This document shows, in pieces, positions 12,343 to 24,270 of a DNA stretch of 64,000 nt. The stretch is from Macrostomum hystrix (taxonomy: Eukaryota; Animalia; Platyhelminthes), in NCBI GenBank assembly GCA_950097015.1, contig CATNEN010000029.1:5704001-5768000 (forward strand), in the 5' to 3' direction. How positions within the stretch are numbered: position 1 is the stretch's first letter; each line of letters begins with the position of its first letter. The translations under genes were made by a program, and so were the position numbers. The notes below the pieces were generated by a model. The model was given only the letters and a program-made list of their open reading frames with translations. It was not told the DNA's origin and did not search any database.

Positions 12343-13953
12343 CCGTGCACTCGCCCGATCCGTGACCCAGCCGACGCTCTGTCACGCGGCTTTGTTGTGC
12401 CATTCCCACTGTTCCGCTGCTGGCAGTGGGACGCCCTGCGGTCTGGCCTCTTTGGCCGGGCTGACACCATGGTGCTGGCCACTGCCTGCGCCAAGACCAT
12501 GCAGTCGTCTCAGCGACCAATGCAGCTTGCCGACACCCGCGACGACACCTTCATGTTCCTTTCAACTGAGCACAGTCGCAAAGGCTGCCAGATTGCTCAG
12601 AACAGCCGAGTGTCGCTCTTTTTTGATTGGCTGGCTATGGGCCGCTATGTTGCAGTCGAGGGCAAGGCCAAGATTGTTAGGTGAGATAGCATTGAACCGT
12701 CTGAATTCTCAGCAGATTCCAGAAACTGCCTCGATTCTCAGCGGATTCCCAGAGCTGCCTCGATTCTTAGCAGATTTCCAGAGCTGCCTCAATTCTCAGC
12801 AGATTTCCAGAGCTGTCTGAATCGTCAGCAGATTCCAGAAACTGCCTCGATTCTCAGCAGATTCCCAGAGCTGTCTGAATCGTCAGCAGATTCCAGAAAC
12901 TGCCTCAATTCTCAGCAGATTCCAGAAAGTGCCTCGATTCTCAGCAGATTTCCAGAGCTGCCTCCATTCTCAGCAGATTTCCAGAGCTGCCTCCATTCTC
13001 AGCAGATTCCCAGAGCTGCCTCGATTCTCAGCAGATTCCCAGAGCTGCCTCGATTCTCAGCAGATTCCCAGAGCTGCCTCGATTCTCAGCAGATTTCCAG
13101 AGCTGCCTCGATTCTCAGCAGATTCCCAGAGCTGCCTCAATTCTCAGCAGATTTCCAGAGCTGTCTGAATCGTCAGCAGATTCCATAAACTGCCTCGATT
13201 CTCAGCAGATTCCAGAAAGTGCCTCGATTCTCAGCAGATTTCCAGAGCTGCCTCGATTCTCAGCAGATTCCCAGAGCTGCCTCGATTCTCAGCAGATTCC
13301 CAGAGCTGCCTCGATTCTCAGCAGATTCCCAGAGCTGCCTCGATTCTCAGCAGATTTCCAGAGCTGCCTCGATTCTCAGCAGATTCCCAGAGCTGCCTCA
13401 ATTCTCAGCAGATTTCCAGAGCTGTCTGAATCGTCAGCAGATTCCATAAACTGCCTCGATTCTCAGCAGATTCCAGAAACTGCTCGATTCTCAGCAGATT
13501 CCAGAAACTGCCTTAATTCTCAGCAGATTCCCAGAGCTGATTCGATTCTCAGTCGATTCCATTTCTCCAGCGACCCTGTCTATCTCCCACAGAGACCAAC
13601 AGCTTATTGGCAGCCTGTTCAACCGCACTTTCACCCCGGAGATGTGCCGCTATTTCTATGCCATAGACAGCAGCCAGAGTCTGGCCATAGACGATGTGTT
13701 TAAGCAGCGCTTCCAGGATGAGATGGACGCGCTCAATCGTGACTGCGGCGTGAACGCCCAGCTGCCCCTGCCCCCACCGCCTTCCATGGTGCTGTTTCGC
13801 GTCAAGCCAGTCAGCTTTGAATTCCAGGAGAATTCTCAGGAGATTGGCAATGTTAGGCTGAGGTTCTCGCGCACCAGTGACACCGCTTCGGTTGATAATA
13901 AGTTCACATTCTGCGGCTGTCCTGGCTGGTCGGTGGAGCAAATCGCCCAGTAA
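12343..13953 (+). CDS. Divergent pyridoxamine/pyridoxine 5'-phosphate oxidase (PNPO)-like protein; first exon not located
   Basis: Exon 12343-12680 (PFPLFRCW, MVLATA, SRKG, VSLFFDW, VAVEG) splices in phase 2 to exon 13593-13953 (KPVSFEF, RLRFSR, W.VEQIAQ stop). Confidence 0.8.
12700..13550. repeat. 29-bp minisatellite (CCTCGATTCTCAGCAGATTCCCAGAGCTG) filling the PNPO-like intron
   Basis: Direct reading; about 29 units. Confidence 0.97.
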
Positions 13954-14459
13954 GACAAGAGTCCAACCAATCTTGATTAGTAGAACATCTTTCAACAACT
14001 TACATTAGATAGAAATAATTTTATTCTTTTATCTTATCTCTACTTTTAGTATTATAAAAGTGCATTTAAAAAGTGTATTTCTTTTCTTTTCATTGAGTCA
14101 ATTCACAATGAATATTCTACTGTGACACTTGAAATTGCTATTTTAAACTACCTGCGTTTTTCCTTAACATACGGCTATTAAGTTATCAGTTTTTTTAGTG
14201 TCATTTTTACAGTCTCGCGACTACATGTATTTATTTGTACTCAAGGTGACAAATTTAAGTACGAGTATTAACGCTAGATGGTTTCTAAATATAATCTTTA
14301 AATCTTTACTTACGAGTAAAACCCGAAGCATTACTAGCTTTTGCTGCAAAAATACAGTAAAAATACAGCCTTTTTTGTTCCACTTTCTGCTTTCAAAGAA
14401 TGCAAAACCGATAAGTTAGAAGGGCCATACTGTATGGTCAAGCGCGATTGTTGTTGGAC

Positions 14460-15510
14460 GAGGGGGATTCTAGATGAGCGATGGGGATTCAAGATGAGCG
14501 ATGGTGATTCTAGATGAGCGGTGGTGATTCTAGATGAGCGGTGGTGATTCTAGATGAGAGGTGGGGATTCTAGATGAGCGGTGGGGATTCTAGATGAGCG
14601 GTGGGGATTCTAGATGAGCGGTGGTGATTCTAGATGAGCGGTGAGGATTCTAGATGAGCAGTGGTGATTCTAGATGAGCGGTGGTGATTCTAGATGAGCG
14701 GTGGGGATTCTAGATGAGAGGTGGGGATTCTAGATGAGCGGTGGGGATTCTAGATGAGCGGTGGGGATTCTAGATGAGCGGTGGTGATTCTAGATGAGCG
14801 GTGAGGATTCTAGATGAGCAGTGGTGATTCTAGATGAGCGGTGGGGATTCTAGATGAGCGGTGGTGATTCTAGATGAGCAGTGGTGATTCTAGATGAGCG
14901 ATGGGGATTCTAGATGAGCGGTGGTGATTCTAGATGAGAGGTGGGGATTCTAGATGAGCGGTGGGGATTCTAGATGAGCGGTGGGGATTCTAGATGAGCG
15001 GTGGTGATTCTAGATGAGCGGTGGTGATTCTAGATGAGCAGTGGTGATTCTAGCTGAGCCATGAGGATTCTAGATGAGCAGTGGTGATTCTAGATGAGCG
15101 GTGGTGATTCTAGATGAGCAGTGGTGATTCTAGATGAGCGGTGGGGATTCTAGATGAGCGGTGGTGATTCTAGATGAGCAGTGGTGATTCTAGATGAGCG
15201 ATGGGGATTCTAGATGAGAGGTGGGGATTCTAGATGAGAGGTGGGGATTCTAGATGAGCGGTGGGGATTCTAGATGAGCGGTGGGGATTCTAGATGAGCG
15301 GTGGTGATTCTAGATGAGCGGTGGTGATTCTAGATGAGCAGTGGTGATTCTAGATGAGCGATGGGGATTCTAGATGAGCGGTGAGGATTCTAGATGAGCA
15401 GTGGTGATTCTAGATGAGCGGTGGGGATTCTAGATGAGAGGTGGGGATTCTAGATGAGCGGTGGGGATTCTAGATGAGCGGTGGGGATTCTAGATGAGCG
15501 GTGGGCATTC
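14460..15510. repeat. 20-bp minisatellite (GATTCTAGATGAGCGGTGGG), intergenic
   Basis: Exact 20-bp register; about 52 units. Confidence 0.98.
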
Positions 15511-15648
15511 TATATTGGCGATAGGAGATTTAAAATGGTCTTTGTTGTTTGTGGTAGCTGATCGATCGATAAGGAGCTTGTAGTCTAGTCTTTTGAGCTT
15601 CTAACTTCTGACTGAAAGGTCGCGAGCTCGAATCTCAAGGTATCTTAA

Positions 15649-15845
15649 GGGGGTCAGTAGCAGAGTGGACGAACGCGTCTGCCTCTCGCAATCAAGTCCC
15701 TGAGCTCGATTCCGTGGCAAGGCCACATTCCTTTGGGGCGTAGCCGCGGAGAGAAGGCTTGAGGGCTTGTCGTTCAATTGACGCTATTAAGAGCAAACCT
15801 TAAAGGCACAGTGAGAGTGTAAACTGCCTGACTATGAGAAGTCTG
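15649..15845 (+). mobile_element. SINE family A, 3'-truncated
   Basis: Head GGGGTCAGTAGCAGAGTGG...GAGCTCGATTCC, followed by a body matching 18050-18200. Confidence 0.7.
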
Positions 15846-16047
15846 TGAGACAGTAGTATTTTCCCAAATTTCTTATCGTTTTTTTCAGTCACTATTCAGT
15901 CGGTGCCTCTGATTATTGGAACTCGTTTCGCAAAAGTTTCCTAATTGACTCATCTCAATGATCGACCGATTCATATTGCAGCTCAGTCGACTGAGTTGCG
16001 TCACGCCAGAGCTTTCAGCCGAATCGTTCTCACACTGACATCACTTC

Positions 16048-19000
16048 ATGATACCGGGTGTAGCCAGGACTCTGCGCTTGCGTGCTGACGAGTCGATTAG
16101 ATCGATTTCCGATCGCTTTATCGCTCGTCGACGACGTGCAGCCGACCCTGAGCAGTCGGCAGCGGCTGATGGTGCTCCTCAGTCCGGCGAGGCCCAGTCC
16201 GAAGGCGGCGCCTGGCAGGAGAAGCAGCGCCCTCCGCCGTCATTTCGCGACTTCCTTCGCCGACATCCGGCGATGTCTTCGCTGCCTCCGATTAGACTAC
16301 CGCTGCGCCTAGATCGGGCCGCCGTGCTGGCGCTCAAGTCTGTGCCGGAGAGCCCTGCTAATCTGGAGACCCAGGCAGAGCTTTTGTGCAGGTCTGTCTG
16401 AATGTCACTGACAGCAATGGGCTAATGTCACTGACAGCAATGGGCTAATGTCACTGACAGCAATGGGCTAATGTCACTGACAGCAATGGGCTAATGTCAC
16501 TGACAGCAATGGGCTAATGTCACTGACAGCAATGGGCTAATGTCACTGACAGCAATGGGCTAATGTCACTGACAGCAATGGGCTAATGTCACTGACAGCA
16601 ATGGGCTAATGTCACTGACAGCAATGGGCTAATGTCACTGACAGCAATGGGCTAATGTCACTGACAGCAATGGGCTAATGTCACTGACAGCAGTGGGCTA
16701 ATGTCACTGACAGCTAATGTCACTGACAGCAATGGGCTAATGTCACTGACAGCAATGGGCTAATGTCACTGACAGCAGTGGGCTAATGTCACTAACAGCA
16801 ATGGGCTAATGTCACTGACAGCAATGGGCTAATGTCACTGACAGCAATGGGCTAATGTCACTGACAGCATGAGTCAAGGTGACATCAATAGATGAAGTGT
16901 CATCCTTTACAATACATCAAACTAGCCTACTGTAAGTAGTGAAGTAAAAAAAATACACGCGCTTTTGTAATCACTGTGACTCAACTACAGACGCTGGATG
17001 CTGGACGCACCGTTGAAGGATCGCTACGCCTACAAGAAGGACGTCCTGCAACGCCTGCAGAGACGCGACGCCCAAATTTTAGAGGCCATGGTGGAGGCTG
17101 GTGCTTCAGAATCGGATCAGGCATTGGAAGCTGCCAGACAGAAGACTGAGCGATTGAAGGTGTGCAACGAAAGCGCTCTTTGTGCATGTTGATGCTCCTA
17201 CACAATAGCCCCTCAGCTCTTATGAATCGCCCCCAGTCACTAAGAAATGCCCCAAAGAATTTCCCTCAAATCCAAGAATCGCCCTTGAACCCCTAAGAAT
17301 CGTCCTTGAACCCCCAAGAATCGTCCTTGAACCCCTAAGAATCGCCCTTGAACCCCCAAGAATCGTCCTTGAACCCCTAAGAATCGCCCTTGAACCCCCA
17401 AGAATCGTCCTTGAACCCCTAAGAATCGCTTTTGAACCCCTAAGAATTGCCCTTGAACCCCTAAGAATCGCCATTGAACCCCCAAGGATCGCCCTTTAAC
17501 CCCTTGGATTGCCTCCCCAAAAAATCTCCTTTCCAAGCACATCTACTTTCCAAGAAACTGACTGTATCGCTCCCAAAATCGTCTCGCACCGATCGTTTTG
17601 CAGCTGGTGCCGCTGGTGAAGCGCTACGCTACAGAGGACAGTCGGCACACGTTCAGCGACCGTAACTGCATCCTGTACATGGTGGCTCGCCTGGCCCCCA
17701 ACTATGCCACCGGGGTTCGCGTGCTGTACGAATTGCGCAAACGCTGGCCGGAGTTCCGGCCCCGCACCCTGTTCGACTACGGCTCCGGGCTGGGCACCTC
17801 GGCCTGGGCCGCCAACACTGTCTGGCCTGGCCTGCTTCGCGAGCACTTCCTGGTCGATCCGTGCGCCAGCATGAACTCTCTGGCCGCACTGCTGATGCAG
17901 GTTCGATTGCAACTAAAAAACGGGGATTATTGTGTCTTGCTCATTGGGGAGATTTCCTGTATAAAATTTCCCATTAGACCCTCTTCCAGACAGTGGATAA
18001 TAGAATCACAAATTAGCCTGGGGGTTATTAGCAGAGCTGTAACGCAACAAGGTCCCTGAGCTCGATTCCGCCGCGAGGCCACATTCATTTGGGGCGCAGC
18101 CGCGGAGAGAAGGCTTGGGGGCTTGTCGTGCAATTTACGCCCTTGAGGGCCAACCTCCAAGGCCCAGTGAGAGTGTACACTGCCTGACGATGAGAAAGTC
18201 AGAGCAGATGTACACACCTGTGTGAGCGTGTGCCTGCGTACGGTGTCTGTGTGCGCGTGTGCTCAGGAGTCAGTAAAATGGGCAGAATTGCCTCCTCGCT
18301 GGCTGCGGGTCTAGTGTCACTAATTGATGTGTCATTGCCCACAGCCCACATAGCAGTTATTTTTTTTTTGTTTAAAGGCCGAAATATTTGAAAGCCGCGG
18401 CTTAGAAAAGAAATTAATTGGGAATTGAGTGTCTTAAGTGTATTGTTCTTGGACAAAAGATTCTCCAGGGCAAAGATTCAAACTCGTGACCTCTAGGTTA
18501 GGAGAGAAATTTCCTGTATAAAATTCCCATAGACCCTCTGAAACAGTAGATAAAGGAATTCCCAGTTTTCCATTCCTTAATCTTCACAATGACCAAGATT
18601 CACGAATATCAAAGTTAGCAAATCTGGAACGCGTGCTGCCATCCCAAACCCAGGACGGGTCCCCGCGCCGGCCAGCCTGCTTTCCCGGCGTGTTCCTGCG
18701 CCAGTTTCTGCCGGCCAGCGCCGACAGACGCTACGATCTCGTGACCTGCGCCCACAGCCTCCTCAGCCTGCAGGACGCGGACCTGCGGGCCGCCACGCTG
18801 GACACTCTCTGGTCCAAGGTGGAGCGCGGCGGCGCCCTGGTGCTAATCGAGTACGGCAACCGGTCCGGCTTCGCCGCCGTAGCCGAGGCTCGCAGGCACC
18901 TGCTGGACAATCACGGACTGGCTGACGCTGACACAGGCGTTCTGTCGCCTATTGACGGGGCGCACATTGTGGCGCCTTGTCCGCACGCCCAGACCTGTCC

Positions 19001-21385
19001 CAGGCTGGCTAAGCGGTGCACATTCACCACCAAGTGAGTTTTCAATAGATCTTCCTGGGGAGGGGATTCGTGGCAGAGCGGTCTGTGAGGATCAAGCCCC
19101 GAGGCACAGTCGCATTCTGTGCCTGCATTCGGTATCCGTGTGCGTGTGTGCTCAAGAGTCAGCGGAATGAGCTGAATTGCCTCTCGCTGACTGCGGTTCT
19201 AACTATCACCAAATGGTGTACCAATGCCCACAGCCCTCGTGCAAATATATATGCATACTGTATGGTCTAGATCTTGAGACAACGAGAAATAATGCTCTTG
19301 TCGGAGCAACAAAAAATTTGCTTTCTAATCATCCCGCTAACACTTGTCACAGCGTTTTAATCGATTTTGAATCCGGAAATTTCACACTCAGACAGAACTA
19401 CTACATATTAGCCCGATTGCATGTACTCAACGTTGGAAATCTGCTTTCCAACCGGTGCTCAGCCGGCGCACTTTAAGCTTTCTTGCTCTCCGCTACACAG
19501 CGCGTACTCTGCGCTCAGATTCCTTTAGACACTGCGATCTGAAAATGTGTCGAATTCCAAGTCAGTACTAGCTGAAAATGTGTCGAATTCCGAGACAATG
19601 CGAGTTGAAAACTATGTCGAATTCCGAGACAATGCGAGCTGAAAACTATGTCGAATTCCGAGACAATGCGAGCTGAAAACTATGTCGAATTCCGAGACAA
19701 TGCGAGCTGAAAACTATGTCGAATTCCGAGACAATGCGAGCTGAAAAAATCCATCGAATTCCCGCGTAGACAGTGTTAGTTTACAATTTCACGAGTTGCA
19801 ATTTCGAATTCGCTCAAAGGAAACTGGAAGCAGTTGTCATGCAGGCCTTGAGCAGGGCGTGGCCCCTGTGCTCTATCGGGCTTGCTGAGCCGGCCTGCCC
19901 TGGAGGATATGGGAGCGCCAGCTTGCCTTGATAAAAGCATCCCAGCTTCGAATCACAGATAACTAGGCTGCGCTTCAAAGGCATTTAGCTTTTTAACTAA
20001 GGCAGGAACTTGGCATTGTACAGAAGTTCTGCATGTGTAGCCAGCCTCGGAATATCAGCAAGCAGATTAGGGCAGCTTTTTCTCTGTTCCAATGAGCTTA
20101 GTTATTTTCTAGGATCATCGACTGGCTGGACTATTGCCCGCTAATGACGCACAATGCAATTCTTTAACTTATCAAGCCAGCTTTTACATTGGCCTCGCTG
20201 TTTGTCTAGTCATGCATTATTTAATAAATTATAATGGCCTTGCTTTGCTACACATTTAGCTTAGTGCTAGCAATTAACTGCAACAGGCCTGCTTATATTT
20301 GACCCTATTTAATTGGCCAGCAATCTTTCTAGTTTTAATTTGCGATAAAGATTCAGCTTTGCCGCGTGTGCTAAGAGTCGATTTGCGTAATCCATTTCAT
20401 GAGTTAGACTGCTTTTAGCGTTAGCATGAGGAAAGCGCCGCTTCGTCATTTTTCACGCCTATTACAGACTGTCAAGTCGGCGACTTGGTGCAGCTTAATC
20501 TAATTTTATTTAGATTATGTTTTTCAACCTGCAATATCTGTAGCTGTGCTCAATTTGAGAAATTTTACATTTTCTTTACCTCTGTCACCGCAATATGCAT
20601 GCAATATGCATGGCGGAAATTAAAAAAAGGTGGATATTCTACAAAAACAGATAAACCATCATGTGACAACAATCGCTCCACTATTTCGTTTGATCTGGCT
20701 ATTGCTATGACGTGACAGATGCGAACTAATAACAACATTGCCAATGATAGTTTCAGAGGCCACAGTATCACGTGATATTGTTATATTGTTTAATATCTAG
20801 TAGAGTCCGTTAATCCAATCCAGCTAAAGTGTGAAGTGACAGAAAAATCAATATATCGAAGTAAATAGATACGCAATTTATTAGTTACAATGTCATTTGC
20901 ACAGGTATGTGCAATTCTGCCTGAGCTCTCTAACTCCGCCGGAAATGCTGCTTGACCATTTCGCCTACCTGGTGGTGTCCAAAGGTGCGCCAGCTGATCT
21001 GGCAATGCCAGTCTGGCCTCGCATTGTTGAAACCGGCGGCGCTGTGGACGCCAGGCCGGTGCGGCAACACGGTCGCGACGCCAGCGGGCAGGCCCTTGTC
21101 GGGCTGTGCCTGCCAGACGGTAGCTCCGGCTGCTACGGCTTCAAGCCGGGTAACACGGACAAGGATCTGCTGCTGTGCGCCAGGGCAGTTCGCATTGGAG
21201 ATCGCCTGCCGGCCCTGTTGGATCCGGTGGCTGGCGACTCTTGCCCGGAGCTCTTGCCGGAGGATGACACCGACGAGGCCGACGCCGAAGATGATAGTGA
21301 AGACAATGCTGAGGCTGCGGAATCTGACCAGAGAAACTATCACAGTGGACTATTGCAGTCTTCGGCGAGAGATGATATAGGCTAG
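16048..21385 (+). CDS. METTL17: Mitochondrial small-subunit assembly factor / methyltransferase-like 17 (Rsm22 family)
   Basis: Exons 16048-16391, 16991-17159, 17604-17900, 18654-19033 and 20905-21385 join in frame. Motifs: RRHP..RLP, YMVARL, FDYGSGLGT (SAM motif I), YDLV.CAHSL, LVLIEYG, APCPH...CP...C, WPRI, C.PDG, ARAVRIGD.LP. Confidence 0.92.
16401..16868. repeat. 23-bp minisatellite (AATGTCACTGACAGCAATGGGCT) in METTL17 intron 1
   Basis: About 20 units; starts 9 nt after the GT donor. Confidence 0.97.
17270..17500. repeat. 21-bp minisatellite (GAATCGCCCTTGAACCCCTAA) in METTL17 intron 2
   Basis: About 11 units. Confidence 0.95.
18015..18345 (+). mobile_element. SINE family A in METTL17 intron 3
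   Basis: Collinear with the reverse complement of 60-404. Confidence 0.75.
19062..19235 (+). mobile_element. SINE family A-related, internally deleted or divergent copy
   Basis: Shares the 3' block GTGCTCA.GAGTCAGC...GAATTGCCTC.CGCTG.CTGCGG with the other copies. Confidence 0.55.
19540..19765. repeat. 34-bp minisatellite (GTCGAATTCCGAGACAATGCGAGCTGAAAACTAT) in METTL17 intron 4
   Basis: About 6 units. Confidence 0.93.
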
Positions 21386-21830
21386 ATCTGGACTATGGCG
21401 AGAGATAATATAGGTTAGGTCTAGGCAATGGCGAGAGATAATATAGGCTAGATCTAGGCAATGGCGAGAGATGATATAGGCTAGATCTAGGCAATGGCGA
21501 GAGATGATATAGGCTAGATCTAGGCAATGGCGAGAGATGATATAGGCTAGATATAGGCAATGGCGAGAGATAATATAGGCTAGGTCTAGGCCATGGCGAG
21601 AGATAATATAGGCTAGATCTAGGCAATGGCGAGAGATGATATAGGCTAGATCTAGGCAATGGCGAGAGATGATATAGGCTAGATCTAGGCTACGGCGAGA
21701 GATAATATAGGCTAGATCTAGGCAATGGCGAGAGATGATATAGGCTAGATCCAGGCTATGGCGAGACATAATATAGGTTAGGTCTAGGCAATAGTGAGAG
21801 ATGATATAGGCTAGATCTAGGCTACGGCGT
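21365..21830. repeat. 33-bp minisatellite (GGCGAGAGATGATATAGGCTAGATCTAGGCAAT) overlapping the METTL17 stop codon
   Basis: About 14 units. Confidence 0.95.
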
Positions 21831-22669
21831 GGAAATGACACTTCGTGTACACTCTGACGAGAGTTGGTGATTTCAGTTGTCAATTTCGATAACAATGGTT
21901 TGTTCAGTTGTTTCCCGCGTCGCCTTTCTTTCGCCATTATTGAAGCGGCGATAGATTTGTTGTCTGATTTGAGCTAAGCGGAGCAGATTGTTGTGCATTT
22001 GCTAATTCTTTTAGTAAATAAATCGAGTACTAATCGATAACTATTTTATACGCAATCCAAGAACCTTTTTGTCCTAAAATCTTATCCGATTAAATACGAG
22101 CTATGCGCCATCCTAAATTAGGGTTTGGGACAAAGAAAATTACCAAAAAGTGCACGATAATGTCTTAGATTACCCTAAAGCTAGATGAGCTACCTTGGAT
22201 TCCAATTAGTGTCAGTGTGCTAGCTCAGTTCTAAAGCTCTAGAATACAGGGTGATCGATTTTGAGGTGCTTATAAGTCGATGCGATGGACAATTGCTACA
22301 TTGTCTTAGTTCATGCTCTGTCTTTGTAGCCATCTGACACTTAAAAGATAATACTTTAAGCTGTTTTTGTCGATAACAATCCTTTGAATTAGCTCACCTG
22401 AGAGAAACACTCATAGGCTTTCCGAAACAATTTGAATCCTACATTGAATTGAAGGTATTGTATACTATTGTATACTATTCCATACTACATTGTATGGAAG
22501 GTATAATTCTTTGAATTCTTTTCTACTGACATAATACTCATTTGAATAGTCCTCTTAATGATAATCACCAAGTAAGGGAAATATAAAAGTATCCTGCCTT
22601 AACTAATCCTCAATTAAATTATCCTGCCTTTAATAATCCAGAATACACTATTAAATAATTATTTCCTAA

Positions 22670-23135
22670 ATAATGCACCATGAGATTCTCCTCGCTTTAA
22701 TAATCCACTATGAGATTATCCTCCCTTAGAGAATCCACTATGAGATTATCCTCCCTTAGAGAATCCACTATGAGATTATCCTCCCTAAAATAATCCACTA
22801 TGAGATTATCCTCCCTAAAATAATCCACTATGAGATTATCCTCCCTTATAGAATCCACAATGAGATTATCCTCCCTTAGAGAATCCACTATGAGATTATC
22901 CTCCCTAAAATAATCCACTATGAGATTATCCTCCCTAAAATAATCCACTATGAGATTATCCTCCCTTAGGGAATCCACAATGAGATTATCCTCCCTTAGA
23001 GAATCCACAATGAGATTATCCTCCCTTAGAGAATCCACTATGAGATTATCCTCCCTAAAATAATCCACTATGAGATTATCCTCCCTAAAATAATCCACTA
23101 TGAGATTATCCTCCCTAAAATAATCCACTATGAGA
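22670..23135. repeat. 30-bp minisatellite (TGAGATTATCCTCCCTAAAATAATCCACTA)
   Basis: About 15 units, two variants. Confidence 0.96.
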
Positions 23136-23224
23136 TAACTGTCCCTTAAGACCTCTCTATTTGTGTTTATCCTATTCCTGAGCTATCTATCCGATAAAGT
23201 AGATAGAAAGGACACCTGTTCCAG

Positions 23225-23422
23225 TTAGGCCTGAAGACAGCCAGTGGCACAACCGCAGCTATTGCGTGTCGCTTCCAAATGTTGTGTACAGCTGCTCAGT
23301 CTGTGGACCATAACCATTTACAGCTGGGAACTGGAGAACTAAGTGTCTTGCTCAGGTATTTATCTTAAGCTGAGATTCGAACTCCCGACCTCTCGGTCAG
23401 AACTGCAAAGGTCTCACCGCTT
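23225..23422 (-). mobile_element. tRNA-derived SINE family B (CORE/V-like central block)
   Basis: The reverse complement has a tRNA head (AGCCAAGCGG; GGAGTTCGAATCT), then CCTGAGCAAGACACTT and CCAGCTGTAAATGG. Confidence 0.6.
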
Positions 23423-23944
23423 GGCTCCCTCCCGAAACTCGGAGAAAGTTTGTTGTAATATATTAAAACAGCCATTCATTATTCTGTGTGTTTGGCACTT
23501 AAATTGCATCCAAAAAGCATATTGAATAAACCATGGAGTTGTAGTACTCGTATATTTTGGTGCTTAAAATTTGCGCCAGAATTAAGCATTTCGGCACCCA
23601 GAAGCATTGACGCATTCACATTTATTTTGTATTTTCTCTTGGTTTCATTTCCAAGCTGTGGGCATTGTTTTCCGTATACTACGAATATTCCAGGAATGGC
23701 AATTTCCACTGGGAACAAAATGCAATTCTGTGTATTGCTGAAAAATATATTTCGCAGCTAATAAGTTGCAGATTAGGTCGCGTGGTGCTTCGCTAATCTG
23801 CAACTCTACAACTAATCACTCGCAGCTGTCTGATAGTTGACTGACAGGTGACAGGAAAACTGGCTTTGTGCAACAGCAACAGCCCAATGACATGAATGTA
23901 TGTGCAGGGTTCTGTGTGAGAAAACCGCTTAGCTTGGCCTAGCT

Positions 23945-24270
23945 TAGCTTAGCTTCTGTCCTGTCTCCTGTCCTGTCTCTTCCTGTCTGTCTCTTCTCAT
24001 CTATCTCTTCCTGTCCTGTCTCCTGTCCTGTCTCTTCCTGTCTGTCTCTTCCTATCTGTCTCTTCCTGTCTGTCTCTTCTCATCTATCTCTTCCTGTCCT
24101 GTCTCCTGTCCTGTCTCTTCCTGTCGGTCTCTTCCTGTTTTGTCTCTTCCTGTTCTGTTTCTTCCTGTGTGTCTCTTCCTGTCTCTTACTGTCTGTCTCT
24201 TCCTGTCTGTCTCTTATTGTCTGTCTCTTCCTGTTCTATCTCTTCCTGTCTGTCTCTTCTCGTCTGTTTC
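23945..24270. repeat. Pyrimidine-rich low-complexity repeat (CTGTCTCTTC-based)
   Basis: Direct reading. Confidence 0.9.

Noticed and set aside
15600-15715. Possible tRNA genes; similar B-box hits near 720, 1610-1643, 18480, 23380, 40670 and 58280
   Set aside because: They have A/B-box-like motifs but no complete cloverleaf; interpreted as SINE heads.
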